Shown here one piece after another: positions 1-13,500 of a stretch of 64,000 bases of DNA (position 1 is its first letter; each line of letters begins with the position of its first letter). The notes below the pieces were generated by a model. It ran no database searches, was not told where the DNA came from, and saw only the letters and a list, made by a program, of their open reading frames with translations. Source of the DNA: Batkoa obscura. Its lineage: Eukaryota. Both the position numbers and the translations under genes were made by a program. Location: positions 248,001 through 312,000 of the forward strand of contig JASVEC010000028.1 of NCBI GenBank assembly GCA_030770535.1, read 5' to 3'.

Positions 1-614
1 TTAACTTGCCAAATTTCGGAAATTAATTGATTTAATTTATTATTAGCTTTTTCTAATTGTTCTTCTGCTTGATCCATCATTTTTTTATTACTGGAATGAA
101 GTTGACGTAGGGATAAAGCTGCATCTCGTACTTTGGTTTCTAATTCATAACGTTCGGTTAAAGATTGAGAACGGGAAGTTAAATTGAGCAATTCGGTTTT
201 TATTTTATAAATATCCTCTCTCGATAACACTAAATAACCTTCCGATTCTAGGATCGCCTTCTCAAGTTCATTTTGATACCCTGGATCTTTCCCTCCAGTG
301 TTTAATTTATTATCATTGGATTCATTTGGTGTAGATAAATCAGATTCCCTTTCACTGGATGAAGAGTTTTCACTTAACATATCTGGTGGATTTCCGATTT
401 CTGAAGAGATACTTTGTTGAAAATAATGCTTTTTAATCTCAGAATAAGTCACTATTTTTTCTTTCGAGGAATTAAGACTCAGTTGTGAATTTTCTAAATC
501 AAAAACAGCACGTATACTCTTACTCATCGTGTTACTACGTCCGCGCTAATTAAATGAAATAAGTTAGTATTTGAATGTTAGGTTAGTAGAATAAGTTACA
601 TTAGTACGGATCAT
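1..614 (-). CDS. Uds1 (up-regulated during septation) domain coiled-coil protein, 5' part; runs off the window start
   Basis: Not in the ORF track. ATG at 614, 15-nt exon 1 (600-614), GT-AG intron 546-599, then an open frame to base 1: MIRTNRGRSNTMSK...LETKVRDAALSLRQLHSSNKKMMDQAEEQLEKANNKLNQLISEIWQ, which matches the Uds1-domain pattern. Confidence 0.75.
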
Positions 615-1201
615 GATTGAATTGTATGATAGGTTGTTTTTAGTAAAAAGATATAAAAATATAAATAAAAGAAAAATTCAAAAATAAATAGAATTTTATT
701 AATACGTTTTAACTAGTAAGTTTATAACGTTTTATATTAAATTTCAAACTTTAAAAAATACTAATCTTAATCCTCATTTACCTAATTGATAAAACTGAAC
801 AACGTTTCATGAGTTTCGGAGCATTTCTTTTCAAGTGTTTAAATTCAAAATTTAGCTTCAATCATTGGTTCTTCAATGTAATTTTTACTAATTAAAATCG
901 AATTTCATTTTTAAACTATTAGTCAACACTAGGTATTTGCTAATTTGAATCTTTTTCAAATAGTAAAAAAATAAAGTAGTTGGTTTGAAAGACCAAAGAT
1001 AAAGTGAAAGCTATTAGTATGAGTAGTTGATATTATCATTTTGAATATCTATACTACTTTAGAATAGGCTACTATTACCCTTTTTTAACTACATTAAAGT
1101 TTGAACTTAAAATTGTTGGGATTATCAATTGTTGGATTTTAAAAGTGAAAACAAGCTTAAAAAATAATGAGTTGTTCAAATGTTAAAAAAATCTTCTAAT
1201 A

Positions 1202-1287
1202 CAACTGTTTCATCTCTTTTGTGACCTTTTAATATCTTTTTCTTTTAAATAAGCTTTTGATAGGTCGCAAAAGAGCCGCGACAGTTG
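1202..1287. mobile_element. Tc1/mariner-like MITE (family B), copy 1
   Basis: ~26-bp imperfect TIRs (CAACTGTTTCATCTCTTTTGTGACCT / AGGTCGCAAAAGAGCCGCGACAGTTG) flanked by TA on both sides. Confidence 0.6.
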
Positions 1288-2037
1288 TAAATTAAAATCC
1301 TCCAACTTTTAGTATGATAAAAGTAATAAATTAATTTTAAATTTGTTACAAATATAGTGATATTTTTTAAGCGTTATCTGAGTGGAAGAATTGGCAGCAA
1401 AATTTTAAACAAAATAGCATATTCCCTCTACATTATTAAAATTTGGATTCAAATGGCTAGATTCAATTTTTGTTAAGCAGTAATTTTTTAGTTGGGGTTA
1501 AATTGGAATCTAGTTAGGCCTTCAATTTTAGGCCAATTTTTGTTGGCACTGTATTGTAGCCTTACAAAATTTAGTTAATTTTAGTTGTTTCAAAAATAAC
1601 TTGGATCGATAAAGTGGACAGCTATTAAACCTTGTCTTAGCTAACATGAAAGCTAACATTGATTCCTTGAGATCTTGACTGTTATCACTATTCTATCAAA
1701 TTTCTTAAGAAGCCACTTATTAGCTTTCCTTTCAAAAAATTATTTTAAAAAACTATTTAGTTTAATTAATGATCCCATTTCATATTAAAATTAATGAAGC
1801 AAACAATAGAAGACATAGCTATAAAAAAAGACAAAATTTTATTAAACAAAAAAAACTACATTTTAAAAGAAAAACTCCGATTAATAATTATATATATTAG
1901 TCGTTATTATTTCAATCTTCAAGTTAAACTACTAACTTAATTTTTAATAACAATGAAATTCAATATAATCTTAATTCAATTTCATTTTTTCAATAGATCA
2001 TAAATAATAAATAACACTTAAAATCCATTTTTCAATG

Positions 2038-3729
2038 TCATGATTGTGATAAATCATTGTTACTTGGTGAGAATGTTTCTTCACCATCATCATAAATTTC
2101 CATTTCATCTTCTTTATAAACATAATAGTATCGTTTCAATAATAAAAATATTATAAATCCAAACGCTGATAATCCAACATATAGCCATAATCGTGTATAT
2201 AAATTAACTTGTTGTAGTATAGCTTCTAATATTGAGACAATAATATTTCCTAAGGCACTCGATAATAACCATAATGAAGAGGAACTGGCTTTCATTTGTG
2301 TACCTACTTGAGAATAAGCAAATTCAAATGCAGTTGGCATTACTAAAGCTTCTCCAAGGGATAAGATAATCCATTGTGGTATTTGCCATATCCAAGTCAA
2401 ACAACCATCACATGAAGTCACTTCTAAATCTGCTACAAGTACAATTGAACGCGATTTATCGCTATAATAATCAACTTGATATTGCAATATATTACTAATA
2501 ATAAAAGCGATCAAAACAAGTAAATAACCCAAGCCCATACGATCTAATAGTTTAAAACTTATATTCTTTTTTCTAAGGTAAGGGTATACCATATAATTAA
2601 AAAGTGGGATTAAAAACATAATTAATATTGTATTAAAATAATTGCTAAGTTCGGTTGAAAAGGTAAGATTGGACCCAATACGACGATCCATAAATTCAAT
2701 TTGATGCTGCCATTCACTATTATATTGGTCAAATAGAATAAAGAAAAATATAAATGGGACAAACATAACAATCACTTTACCCAATAATCGGATTTCTTCA
2801 GTAAAATGAGCACCAACTAAATCATCTGCAAAATTAAGCCAATGACCGTATAATTCTTTTTCATTAACTGGTGCTTTATTCCATAACTTTCTAGCGGATA
2901 TGGCTGTCTTAATGGCTTTCCAAGGTAAAAATTCTTTAGGTGGTGGTATCACACGATAAAATGGGGATCCAAATATAAAAAAGGTAAGTGAGATAGCTAA
3001 TACAATGGCACATAATCCAAAGGAGGCAAAATAACATTTGGTACCAAAACATGTGATATTATCTTTTATAACTGGTGATAATATACCTGCAAACATGGAA
3101 CCGATATTGGCTGCCCAAAAAAAGAATAAAAAGAAACGTGATAATAAATGATAATGAGATGGTGGAAATTGATCACCACCATGAGAAGCAATACATGGTT
3201 TAATACCCCCTGTTCCTATACCAATTAAATAAAGAGAAAATAAGATAGTCCATAAAGGAAAATTCTCTTCGCTTTGAGTATAATCCCAAAGTAAATCATT
3301 GATAGAAAATACAGACAAAAGCGATGTACCAACAAGATAAATAATAGACATAACGACGATTGTATTATATTTTCCAAAGTAACTATCAGACAATGCAGCC
3401 CCAATTAATGGGAATAAATTGGTTAAACTAACCCAAACATGAAATTGAGTTTTGGCACTCTCCTTTTTTAAACCAGCTACTCTTGCCAAAAATAAAAATA
3501 CTAATGGCTTAATACCATTATAACAAAAACGTTCACCGAATTCATTGATTGTTACAAAGGGTACAGCTTTTGGAAAACTATTTGGTTTCTGCTGTATTAT
3601 GGAATCAATTTCACGGTTAATCTCTTGTTCTTCATTAAATCTTAATTCATCTATAATTGAAGGAGTTAATTCCACTTGATTGATTTGATCCAGTTTATAC
3701 TGCTCTAAGTTTGTAGAGTTATTATCCAT
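2038..3729 (-). CDS. PTR2: POT/PTR family proton-dependent oligopeptide transporter
   Basis: Intronless 563-aa ORF with ExxERFxY motif (NEFGERFCYNG), GTGGIKPC and GGDQF motifs, about 12 TM segments. Confidence 0.93.
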   Translation of the reverse strand: MDNNSTNLEQYKLDQINQVELTPSIIDELRFNEEQEINREIDSIIQQKPNSFPKAVPFVTINEFGERFCYNGIKPLVFLFLARVAGLKKESAKTQFHVWVSLTNLFPLIGAALSDSYFGKYNTIVVMSIIYLVGTSLLSVFSINDLLWDYTQSEENFPLWTILFSLYLIGIGTGGIKPCIASHGGDQFPPSHYHLLSRFFLFFFWAANIGSMFAGILSPVIKDNITCFGTKCYFASFGLCAIVLAISLTFFIFGSPFYRVIPPPKEFLPWKAIKTAISARKLWNKAPVNEKELYGHWLNFADDLVGAHFTEEIRLLGKVIVMFVPFIFFFILFDQYNSEWQHQIEFMDRRIGSNLTFSTELSNYFNTILIMFLIPLFNYMVYPYLRKKNISFKLLDRMGLGYLLVLIAFIISNILQYQVDYYSDKSRSIVLVADLEVTSCDGCLTWIWQIPQWIILSLGEALVMPTAFEFAYSQVGTQMKASSSSLWLLSSALGNIIVSILEAILQQVNLYTRLWLYVGLSAFGFIIFLLLKRYYYVYKEDEMEIYDDGEETFSPSNNDLSQS

Positions 3730-4559
3730 CCACTTAATTCAAGTTGAAAGAAGATAAAAGAAATAAAAGTTAACAAATAATATGAAATTTGAACTTTTTT
3801 AATCAAATTATTAAAAATGATATCAAACCAATTGGTTATAAATTTAAATCTTACTAATTTTGTAACTTAAAAAACTTCAAACGGCCCCATTAAAAAGCTA
3901 TCTTTGGAATACTTCTTATTTAAATTCGCTCATTACTTCAATATAAAAGGTGAATTGGTTGCGATTAATTCAACTTTGACTTTATTTAGTTGTTCATTTT
4001 AAATTGATTTTACTTCAAATGGTTGAGTGATCTTTATCTGATTTGCTAAATGATAGCAACCCACAAATCAATTAGTTTGTACATTTATTATACATTGGTG
4101 ATTGGATACGCAATAAATAATTATTAACTAATAGGTTTGAGAAAAGGTTGATTAAATCGAGTCTATAAAAAGAAGAAACTCAATTTAAAATCTTAAATTT
4201 AAGATCAAGGATTTTCATTGCCTTAATTAATCTTGAAATTAATTTATAAAATGTAAAAATAAAATAAAATAAAAGGAGTGACAAAACAAAATTAAGGAAA
4301 GGGATATAAAATAATAAAATACGTAGGTTGAAAACACGAAATTATTACCTTTTACAATACAAAATTAATTTTTTATCGTGCCAACGTTAACTTATTATGT
4401 AATATTTTTTATGCATTAATTAGCTTTTAAGATGGAATTCTTGGCTAAATAGAAGGTCTATTGTTCTTTCTATCCATTTCTATCATTGCAAAAGTTGCAG
4501 TACTTCGAATAAATCAAAATGATTAAAAGATTTGCCCAAAAACTATTTATAAAGTATTA

Positions 4560-4714
4560 TAACTGTTTTATGATCTAATTAGCTATTGATCTAGGGAAAA
4601 AAATTGTGTCAAAATTGGTATTAATATATGGGCCGAGTATTAAAAAATAGACTAATAGATAATTTGCTTACAAAAATCATCGTTAAAACAGTCGCAAAAG
4701 AGTTGCAATAGCTG
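4560..4714. mobile_element. Tc1/mariner-like MITE (family B), copy 2, degenerate
   Basis: TA-(T)AACTGTT...GTCGCAAAAGAGTTGCAATAGCTG-TA; right end matches copy 1. Confidence 0.5.
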
Positions 4715-6175
4715 TATTAATTTCCAATTGTTTTTAACTTTTTTATTCTTAAGTCTATTTATATTTTTAAACATAATTCCTACTCTGTTATTTATTATTT
4801 TAATTTAATATACTAATAAAAGAATGCTAAGTTGATATAGTATACAAGTCATGGTCTTCTAAGTTAAAGTTGTATACTAAAACTTTATTTTAAAGCATTA
4901 AAATTTAATAAATGACATGGAAATGTTACTTTATTAATTTTACATCATATAAAAAATGGACAAATGAATGAAACTAAAGAAGATACTACTCTATTTCATC
5001 TTTAGCATTTAAAAACACTCAACAATTTCTTTTCAAAATGGCAAGTTTAAAAATTTCAAATACAAAAAAAATATAAGTTAAAAGAGAGTATAAAAATTAA
5101 ATTCATATGCTTAATAATAAATTGAACTCAATATTAAAGGTCTGTAAAAACACTAAAACTATTCAGGCTATTTATAAGCAATTAAAAGTGCTTGGACACT
5201 CAGGAGGTTGAATAACATTAAATAACGATCAAACTATTAAAACAGGGAGAATAAGGGATAGAAACGTTAATGATCTAGAGACACAGTTATTAGATTGGGA
5301 TATTAAGTATTATTTTTTATACTACTTATAAAATACCAACTGTTATTTCTAGTTTTTTATTATTATATTTTCGAAACTTTTATTATTATAAAAGGATAAT
5401 TGGTTTAAAATATTAACAACTTTTAGCTAAAAGCCCTATGAGAATTTGAATAAATATCACATTCTTAAGTGACGTTTCATAAAATAGTAACGTCATTTGT
5501 TAATTACACAATTGAATAGTTTCTATTACAGTATAGTATTGTTGCAAGGTATTTTATATCAAATATTTATTATGAGATAACCCTGAAGTTATATTTTTTT
5601 ACATAATTTATAAATTTTTGATATGAAAAAACACAAGTTGCTATATACGAGTGATGAAACTTATTGAGGGTGTTTTTTTTAAAATGTGTGTAGTTATAAA
5701 TAGTTGACTTTTATGTAATAAATCATTAAAAATAGGTGTTAGCCAAGGGCTTTTACTTTTAATAACCATAATAGTAATCGAGCTATTAAAACATCAAGCT
5801 AGCTTATTTAATGAATTAGATTTTTATTTATTCTAAGCCAAGACTCCACTTCTTAAAAAAAATTGAATCACCTGTGGCTTATAATAGTGGTTCTAAATAG
5901 ATAGGTTTGATAGTATTCTATAATATTTGTTATGATTTTAATAACAATAACAATGGGTTCAAATGAAAATTAATTTAACAGGATAAAATGAACAAATGAA
6001 ATAAGAAATTGCTATTCAAGTATTAAAAAAAAGCTGTAATCAAAAAGGGGCAGTTGGGGCATAACTAATTAGCCAACTGGAGAAATCAAAAAAAGGAGGG
6101 GAAAAAATAAATCTAAGGGGGTAAAATATAAATATGAAAAACAATGAAATTTTAAACGTTTATTTTTTTATTTAT

Positions 6176-7058
6176 ATGATGGAACAAATTAATAATTTAT
6201 TTAATTCCGCGTTATTAAACAATGACGAAGTCAATTGGATTCAAGTACATGAAGACAATTTAGCTTTAGCTTTGAACTCTTCTTCTCCCAATTTATCCTT
6301 ATCTTGCTCTGATGATAGTACTATCAATGAACTTGTACCAACTATTAAAAAAAAACCAAAAAAGGGAGCTTGGACAAAGGAAGAAGATGGCTTGTTAATT
6401 CAACTTATGAATGAAAATAAAAATACAATTTCCTGGTCCTCTTTTGGTCGAGTTATAAAAACACGTACTGGTAAACAGTGTAGGGAAAGATGGCATAATC
6501 ATCTTGATCCAAATGGTAGTGCTATTTATTTTATTTTAATGTATTAAAATATTAACTTTGTATTAGTAAATAAAGCCCCATTTACTGACCAAGAAAACCA
6601 AATAATCTTAGACATGTATCATAAAATTGGTCCCAAATGGGCTACTATTTCAAAACAATTAATTGGAAGGTAGATTAATTTTCATTTATCAACTTATATT
6701 TTATATTAATATTTTTAACTTTAGACCCGATAATTCTATTAAAAATCATTTTAACACCGCATTAAATCCACATAAACAAGAAGCAAGAAGGAAACGAAAA
6801 GAAAAAGTGGAACAAAGTAAAAAAGTGAGAAAAATCAAGAAACAAGAGGAAGTCTCTACAGATTATTTAGATACTACGGATTATTCTCAACCTTCTCCAG
6901 CTTTAAATTTATTTGATCATTTTTTTAATCCAGATTATTCCTTTATAACTCAATCCACTTCCACAGCTACTATCCCTACTTCTGCTACAACTATAACCTC
7001 TAATGATGATGATGAGTTTCTAGAAAATTTTAGTAGAGCGTTTTTAAATGATATTTAA
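6176..7058 (+). CDS. R2R3 Myb-type transcription factor (3 exons)
   Basis: Exons ~6176-6515, 6567-6669, 6725-7058 give KGAWTKEED...RTGKQCRERWHNHLDP and FTDQENQII...GPKWATISKQLIGRPDNSIKNHFN. Alternative in-frame ATG at 6134. Confidence 0.9.
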
Positions 7059-7668
7059 TTCTTTTCTTTCTTTTCCTTTGGTGTTATTATTAATTACTTT
7101 ACAATAAACAGCTATTTATTATTTATCTTCAACATTTTGTTTTTGCTTATTACTTATTTATCAAGAATTAATAGTTCGTTGTTTTACATCAAATTTATTG
7201 ATTTAAAACATTAAATAATTATACTTTGGAAGTTTGTGTAAAATGGTCATGTTAATAAATGATAGTAATATTTTAATCATTATTTGATACTATTATACAA
7301 GTGTAATTTTTTAAACTGTAAATTCTATAAAACTTATTACACTTTTATTTAAATGCTATAGTATGCTAAATATCTCATAATTTATAAGTTATTCTAATTA
7401 AATAATAAAAGTTATATAAGGACATATAAAACTTAAAAGGTTTTAATATTTTAATAAATCCATTTTTTTAAATATAAAGTGTCCAAATATTTTGCTTATT
7501 TTTCTAACAACAAAAAATAATCTAATATTTTACAGAACTTTAAAAAACTTATTTTAACCTAGATAAAGCATTCATATATAATAGCCTACGAAGCTATAAA
7601 AATGTTTAGTTCATTTTGATAATCTTTTGAAATGTTAACTTAGAAGCAAATAAATAATATTTTTATAC

Positions 7669-7750
7669 AAAGTAATCAAATAATACATTTTAATATAAAG
7701 TAATCAAATAATACATTTTAATATAAAGTAATCAAAAAACATATTTTTAA
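7669..7750 (+). repeat. 28-bp tandem repeat, about 3 copies
   Basis: AAAGTAATCAAATAATACATTTTAATAT twice plus a degenerate third copy. Confidence 0.8.
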
Positions 7751-7878
7751 AAGCAAAGAAATATTATTAAAGAATTGATAAAAATAAACTAAATGGCAAA
7801 TAGAAAATTATTTTATTCAATATTCATATTTCTATTACAATTAAATAATTGTCTAATGATTAAAAATAATGCTTACAT

Positions 7879-7970
7879 GAGGATGTATTGTGTTTAAGAA
7901 TTTTACTAACAATTTTTCACTCAAATAGCGTTTAAAAAATGGAAAAAGTAATGAAACCAAAAACATCCTC
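7879..7970 (+). mobile_element. MITE family A copy
   Basis: GAGGATG...CATCCTC termini, shared core GTTTAAGAATTTTACTAAC...GGAAAAAG; flanks ACAT/ATAT. Confidence 0.85.
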
Positions 7971-8447
7971 ATATGAAAAAAAATACTACCTCTGCTTTTG
8001 TAAAAGCTTTATATTTATATCAGAAATAAACAAGATAATATACGTTTTTTCAAGTCTATAGTCTACGTTGATATCTTTCTAAGGGTAATAGAATGAAACT
8101 TACAGAATCAGTATTTGTTGGGTTGTACTTATCCAAAGTTAAGTGAAATTTAGGCTTCTATGAAATCAGGTACTTATTTAGGGAAGAAGGAGTAACAGGA
8201 TAGATTACTAGTAATAATAAATTTTATAATCTAGTTTTAATATAACCAAATAAGAATTAGTTAGCTTAGAATACATAAACGATTTTTAATCAGTTCATAT
8301 TATATTTAAACAAACTATAATTGAGTAAAAAAACATTTTATTTATTACTTGATTTTAATCTTAAGATTTAACATTAGTTGATTACTAGCTGCTTTATGAT
8401 AAAAATCCAATGGTAAAAGAAGGTAAACGATAAGAATAGTGGCTATA

Positions 8448-8609
8448 TACCTTTTTTACGAACACATATAACACTAACGGTTTTATTAATTGCAGCCAAA
8501 AAACTCAAATAAAATACTATAAATTTATAGTATTTTGTTTAGTTTTTTACTAATTTTTTGCTTGTAATTGCTAAAACCATTGGTGTTATATGTATTCATA
8601 AAAAAGGTG
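8448..8609. repeat. ~160-bp near-palindromic foldback element (MITE-like)
   Basis: TACCTTTTTTACGAACACATATAACACTAACGGTTTT... pairs with ...AAAACCATTGGTGTTATATGTATTCATAAAAAAGGTG; central palindrome AAAATACTATAAA/TTTATAGTATTTT. Confidence 0.75.
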
Positions 8610-9464
8610 TTTAATATACTTAAATTTATTACTCTTAATTTTGACATGGGACTTGATTGGAACATTGGATCGTTATGGTAATAAAGGGGCATTTATATTG
8701 TTTTGTAAATTACTTAATTCCGATGATTTATGCTTTACTTTATTTTTAAAATAAATATAACATTATGAATAGAACCGTTATAATATTTTTTAGGAGTTAT
8801 TAATTGAAGTTCTTATAATTTTTATTTTCAGCTAACAAATTGTTTTGTATTTTAATACTGTCGAGTAAGGCACAGCCTAATAACCAGGTATAAAATGCTA
8901 CTATGGAATTTATACTTTTAAGTCGTAGCTATACTGATCCATTCATTAAATAAAATATATAGTATTAAGGTTTAATTATTGTTTTATTTTGGCTAATTTT
9001 AGAAACATGTTATTGAAAAAACGATAATAAAATTAATAAGCTAATAGTGCTTGGTGATCAGAATTTACTAATTAGTTAGGTATTTTAATAACATAAAACA
9101 ATATCTCAAGTTACCATAATCTATAATTTCTAGTATGAAGCGCTATCATTATAGTAATAAATAATAAACAATATACCATTATAACGCTATATATGGGCAT
9201 ATAGTCAATACTATATATTGATATTTATTACTTTCAGCTTAAAACTTACTTAATAAAGCTTCAATTTTTCAAATTTCATTAAAATTTGAAATATTTAATT
9301 CCTCAAAAATTGGATTTGACAAAATAGGCGATAAATTTCTTATTTCAATTAAAGTAATTAATTATAAAAACATTCAATTCCTTTTAGTCAAGAACCAATA
9401 TTCTGACTATAAAAAACTTCATTTTCTCTCCTTTTCTCTCAACTTGTAATTATAATATAATACC

Positions 9465-10112
9465 ATGAAATTTACCTACCTTTTAGTTGCGGCTTGCTTA
9501 TTTGCCATTTCGGCAGTTGAAGCTTCGCCAAAAAGCAAATCCTTGTCAAAGATCAAGCTAACCAGTGCACCAGAAAAGTTAAAGGGGGAATTTGAAGATC
9601 TGATCGAAGACTTACCAACCGGGGATATCAGAGATATCAAGAAATCTATCAAGAAGTCTAAGGGATCTAAAAAGAAGCTTACGAAATCCGAAAAGAAAGC
9701 CTCCAAAAAGAAGGCCAAAGTAGTATATGCTGGCACAACTAGAAAGGACAAAAAGAAGTGGTCTGTCTTTACCCTTAAAAAAGCTAAAAAGAACTATGCT
9801 GCGGTAATAGCGGAAACTAAATGCGCTAAGGACAAGAAGGTGAAGGGCGAAGCTATCAAAGAGGCTTTAGAAAAGTCACTTGGTCAAGGCAAATACATGA
9901 AGGTGGAATGTGGTGGTGGAATTTCAGAATTTAAAAAGGAAAGTAAAAAGGATAAGAAAGTAGGTAAAACGGATAAGAAGAAGAACAAGAAGAACAAAAA
10001 AGACAAAAAAGATAAGAAAAATAAAAAAGATAAAAAGAAGGATGATAAGAAAGATAAAAAGAAAAATGAGAAGAAAGAAGATAAAGAAGACAAAGAAGAC
10101 AAAGATGAATAG
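9465..10112 (+). CDS. Secreted lysine-rich protein with KKD/KKN low-complexity tail
   Basis: 215-aa ORF, signal peptide MKFTYLLVAACLFAISAVEA, ACCATG start context, coding-like GC, AATAAA downstream. Confidence 0.8.
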   Translation: MKFTYLLVAACLFAISAVEASPKSKSLSKIKLTSAPEKLKGEFEDLIEDLPTGDIRDIKKSIKKSKGSKKKLTKSEKKASKKKAKVVYAGTTRKDKKKWSVFTLKKAKKNYAAVIAETKCAKDKKVKGEAIKEALEKSLGQGKYMKVECGGGISEFKKESKKDKKVGKTDKKKNKKNKKDKKDKKNKKDKKKDDKKDKKKNEKKEDKEDKEDKDE

Positions 10113-10512
10113 ATCATTAATACAGTAGGTTGAGCTTATTTCAAGTGTGATATTTTCTCTATTTAAATAAAACAATTTCTTAAATTAAGTGTTTTTATAT
10201 ATATTTTAAGCTACTTTATTCTTATGTAATAAAAATTTGACATGTATCATTATGATTAAAAACTATTATAAAATGCTGTATAGATCGTTTAAAACATTGT
10301 CAATCTGGATGAACAATCACACCTTCAATCAATCATATTAATATTCCATTTGTCTTCCTCACCTGTTCCTACTTTATCTATTGAGTGGTAGACAATTTAA
10401 AGAGTAGCGTTAAAAAATAATACTTATAAAAGTTTCAAAATGAGTGCATTAGCCCAATCTGAATTTAAAATAGAAATAATGTTATAAAAACATTTTATTA
10501 ATAACATTAACA

Positions 10513-13500
10513 TTAATAAAAATTATCCAAGACCCAACTTTGTTTTTTTGAGAACAGGGTACAAAATTGGTTTACATTAAACATTTTACCATAAATAAAA
10601 AAGGGTCTAATTAACTTTTTAACATTCGAATTTGATGGGAGCCATTCAGTGTTTTCCAAAAATAAAATTTGTTGTTGAAATTGACCATTGATAATAATCC
10701 TCAATTTATCATACCTTAAGTGATACTCTTGATCATTGTGTATTTTTTCATTTTGAAATTTAATTAAAAAGTAGCTAAAGCTTCTAACCGAACGATACTT
10801 AATTTTATATTTTAATATTGCTGCAAATTCTTCTAAGTTAATAGTAGTATGTAATTTGGTTGCCAATAAATTATCTTCAAGATCTTTAATGATGCTTATA
10901 TATCTTTGCTTCTTTAATAGCAGTATTTCGTTGACTTCTTTTTCAATCAAGTTTGACATATAATTATATTTAAGTTTATCTTTGTACTCTGGTAAACAAT
11001 AATTAATGTATCTTCCTTCTACTATTGCTTTTCTTCGGATTTCATTATCTCGATGTAAATAACTTTGATGCAAGATTGAAAATTGTTGTTCAATTGAGAA
11101 TGCGCCTAACCAAGTATCAATATTATTTTTATTAAGTTGGCTGCTATATTTTTTCATCTCATTTAAATCTTGCTTAATAATCAAATTTGTATCAATAGTG
11201 AATAAATCAATTAAACTCAATAACATGTTAACATCTTGCTTTATATAGCTTTTAGTATCTTTTATGAAATATTTTGTTGCTTCAGATAACTTATAGTTTG
11301 CTTCATCGAACCCAAACAATGGTAAATCACTGTAGTCTATTTCGTTTTCTTTATTGTCGTCTATTCCTTCAACTCCTTTAAGCATTTTTATATAGGCTGA
11401 ATAATTCAATTGTTTCCTTCTGTTTACTCTTTCAATTTCTTTTTTAGTTTCCCATTCTTCAAATACATCATTAACATCTTTATCTAAATTAATATTCATC
11501 AATTCAATTAAATCATTTCCATATCTAGGCTGAAACCAATCCACATTCAATCTTCTTCTTATACTTTCTTCAAGCAGCTCATCTTTGACCTGCTTCAAAG
11601 TATCAAAGAAATCTTCCTTTGAGATATCATTCAAATGAACTGCACACAATAGCCTCATTAGAAACAATGAATTATCCGGGATAATGTCGATAGTTCTATT
11701 TAAGGCGTTATTTTTATAATCTTTAAACTTTTCGATGGTATCCTCTTGTATACTTGTTTGAAATGGAAATTGATAAACTTGTAAACAAGTTTCAAACAAC
11801 AATTTAAGGACAAATAAATTATGCTCTGTGTTACTCGACAGATAGTTTTCAAAACATTTTGACAATACCATAAATGGTATCACTTTCAATTCCGACCCAG
11901 ATCCCCCAATAATAGATAAAGTAGTCATCCATGCCAATATAGGTCTTGATCTCCTTGATGAAATTTCCCAATGCTTTGGATGTAAATATAATGGTAAAAT
12001 GGCATTGATCTTTTCATTCCTTAAACCTGAAGTGACAAAGGAATCCAACAACGTATTGAAACCCCCATGTACCAAATCATCCTCCAAATTTTGTACTTGT
12101 ATTTTATAAGTTAACATCTCCATAAACGTATCCACACTCATAAATGTGGAGCTTATATCTAAGATGTTAATCTTACTTGGATCAAAGATCGTAGAATCAT
12201 TACGCCCAACCAATAAACCCAAACCTATACAATCTCCAGATTCCAATGCTTCTATTAAGTTCACTCTACTAAAAGCGCATTTTGTATTCTCCAATAAAGT
12301 ACTATTTATTTCTTTATGCAGCTCTGTATTATTAATTAACTGTGATAGTTCTGTTATCCTCTTCTCATTTCTTTCAATCCTCCTAATATTTTTACCCATC
12401 CTTTTAAATATGGCTTTTTTACCTTTGTTATTCACTGAAATGCTGTCTGGCGTTAGAGTCCTCCATTGAGCTATTCTATCATGGTTCAGTTGGTTATTTC
12501 TATATTGCAATACATTATGTTCTAATTTCTTGGCCAGTCTCTTAACATGTAAAATTTTATTACGTACCAATTTCCGGCTTTCTACCTTGGATTTACCAAT
12601 AGTTTGAAAATTGGCATCCAAAAGTCGATTAATCTTATCTAAAGTTCGATGTATATCATCTAATTCTTCATTGATTAATGGCTTCACCTTAAAATCAAAC
12701 ACCTGCTTTGCTATCGTTTTAATCTCAAGTTCAATAAAGGTACTATGAATAAACTGATAATGGCCACTTAAATCATCTTTAAAATACTGTTTACATTTTA
12801 TACTACTGATGGGCATAAAAAGCTCTTTTTTCTTTTCATTAGTCTGTTTAATAAATAATATCATCTCATCATTACTGTATTTATCCTTTTTAATAGTTAA
12901 ATAGCTATCTAAATTCGTTATAGTTTGTAGATGTTGATGTAAGCGATTTCCAATAAAAAATTCCACTTTTGTTATCCCTATATAATCAATGACTGAATTA
13001 ATACTCTCTTTTATACTAGATAAATCGGGTACAAACTGTAAAATACCTCCTTGAGTGCCACTTAATAATAAATAATTTAAAAATAAGTTATTGTAGTTGG
13101 ATGAAAACGTGATACAGCTGATACTTAAACTAAGATTTTCTTTAACATTAATTAGATCTTTGAACTCATCCATAATATATAAACTTGGATTATTATTATG
13201 CTCATTTCCGTTAGTAAATATCAGCCCACTTGAAACCTCGTCATCCCATATATTTTCTTGAATGAAGCTAAAAAATCTTCGAATACTTAACCTGAAACTC
13301 GAACTTTTATTCTCTGTACAGCTCTCAATCACCTTAACGATATCAGTTAGCTGACATTGCATCAAAAAAAATACCCTCACACTCCCTTCACAAACAAAAA
13401 TAATATCTCTCACATACAAATAAACCTCAGAAATGAAATCAATAATATATCTTTTGGTAAGTAATAACTCAATCGCGCTCATCCCAGTATCCAAAACAAT

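Noticed and set aside
9476..10175. Three minus-strand ORFs rich in F/L/S
   Set aside because: Antisense shadows of the A-rich Lys-repeat gene.
12146..12469. 107-aa plus-strand ORF
   Set aside because: Antisense to the VWA-like gene; no motif.
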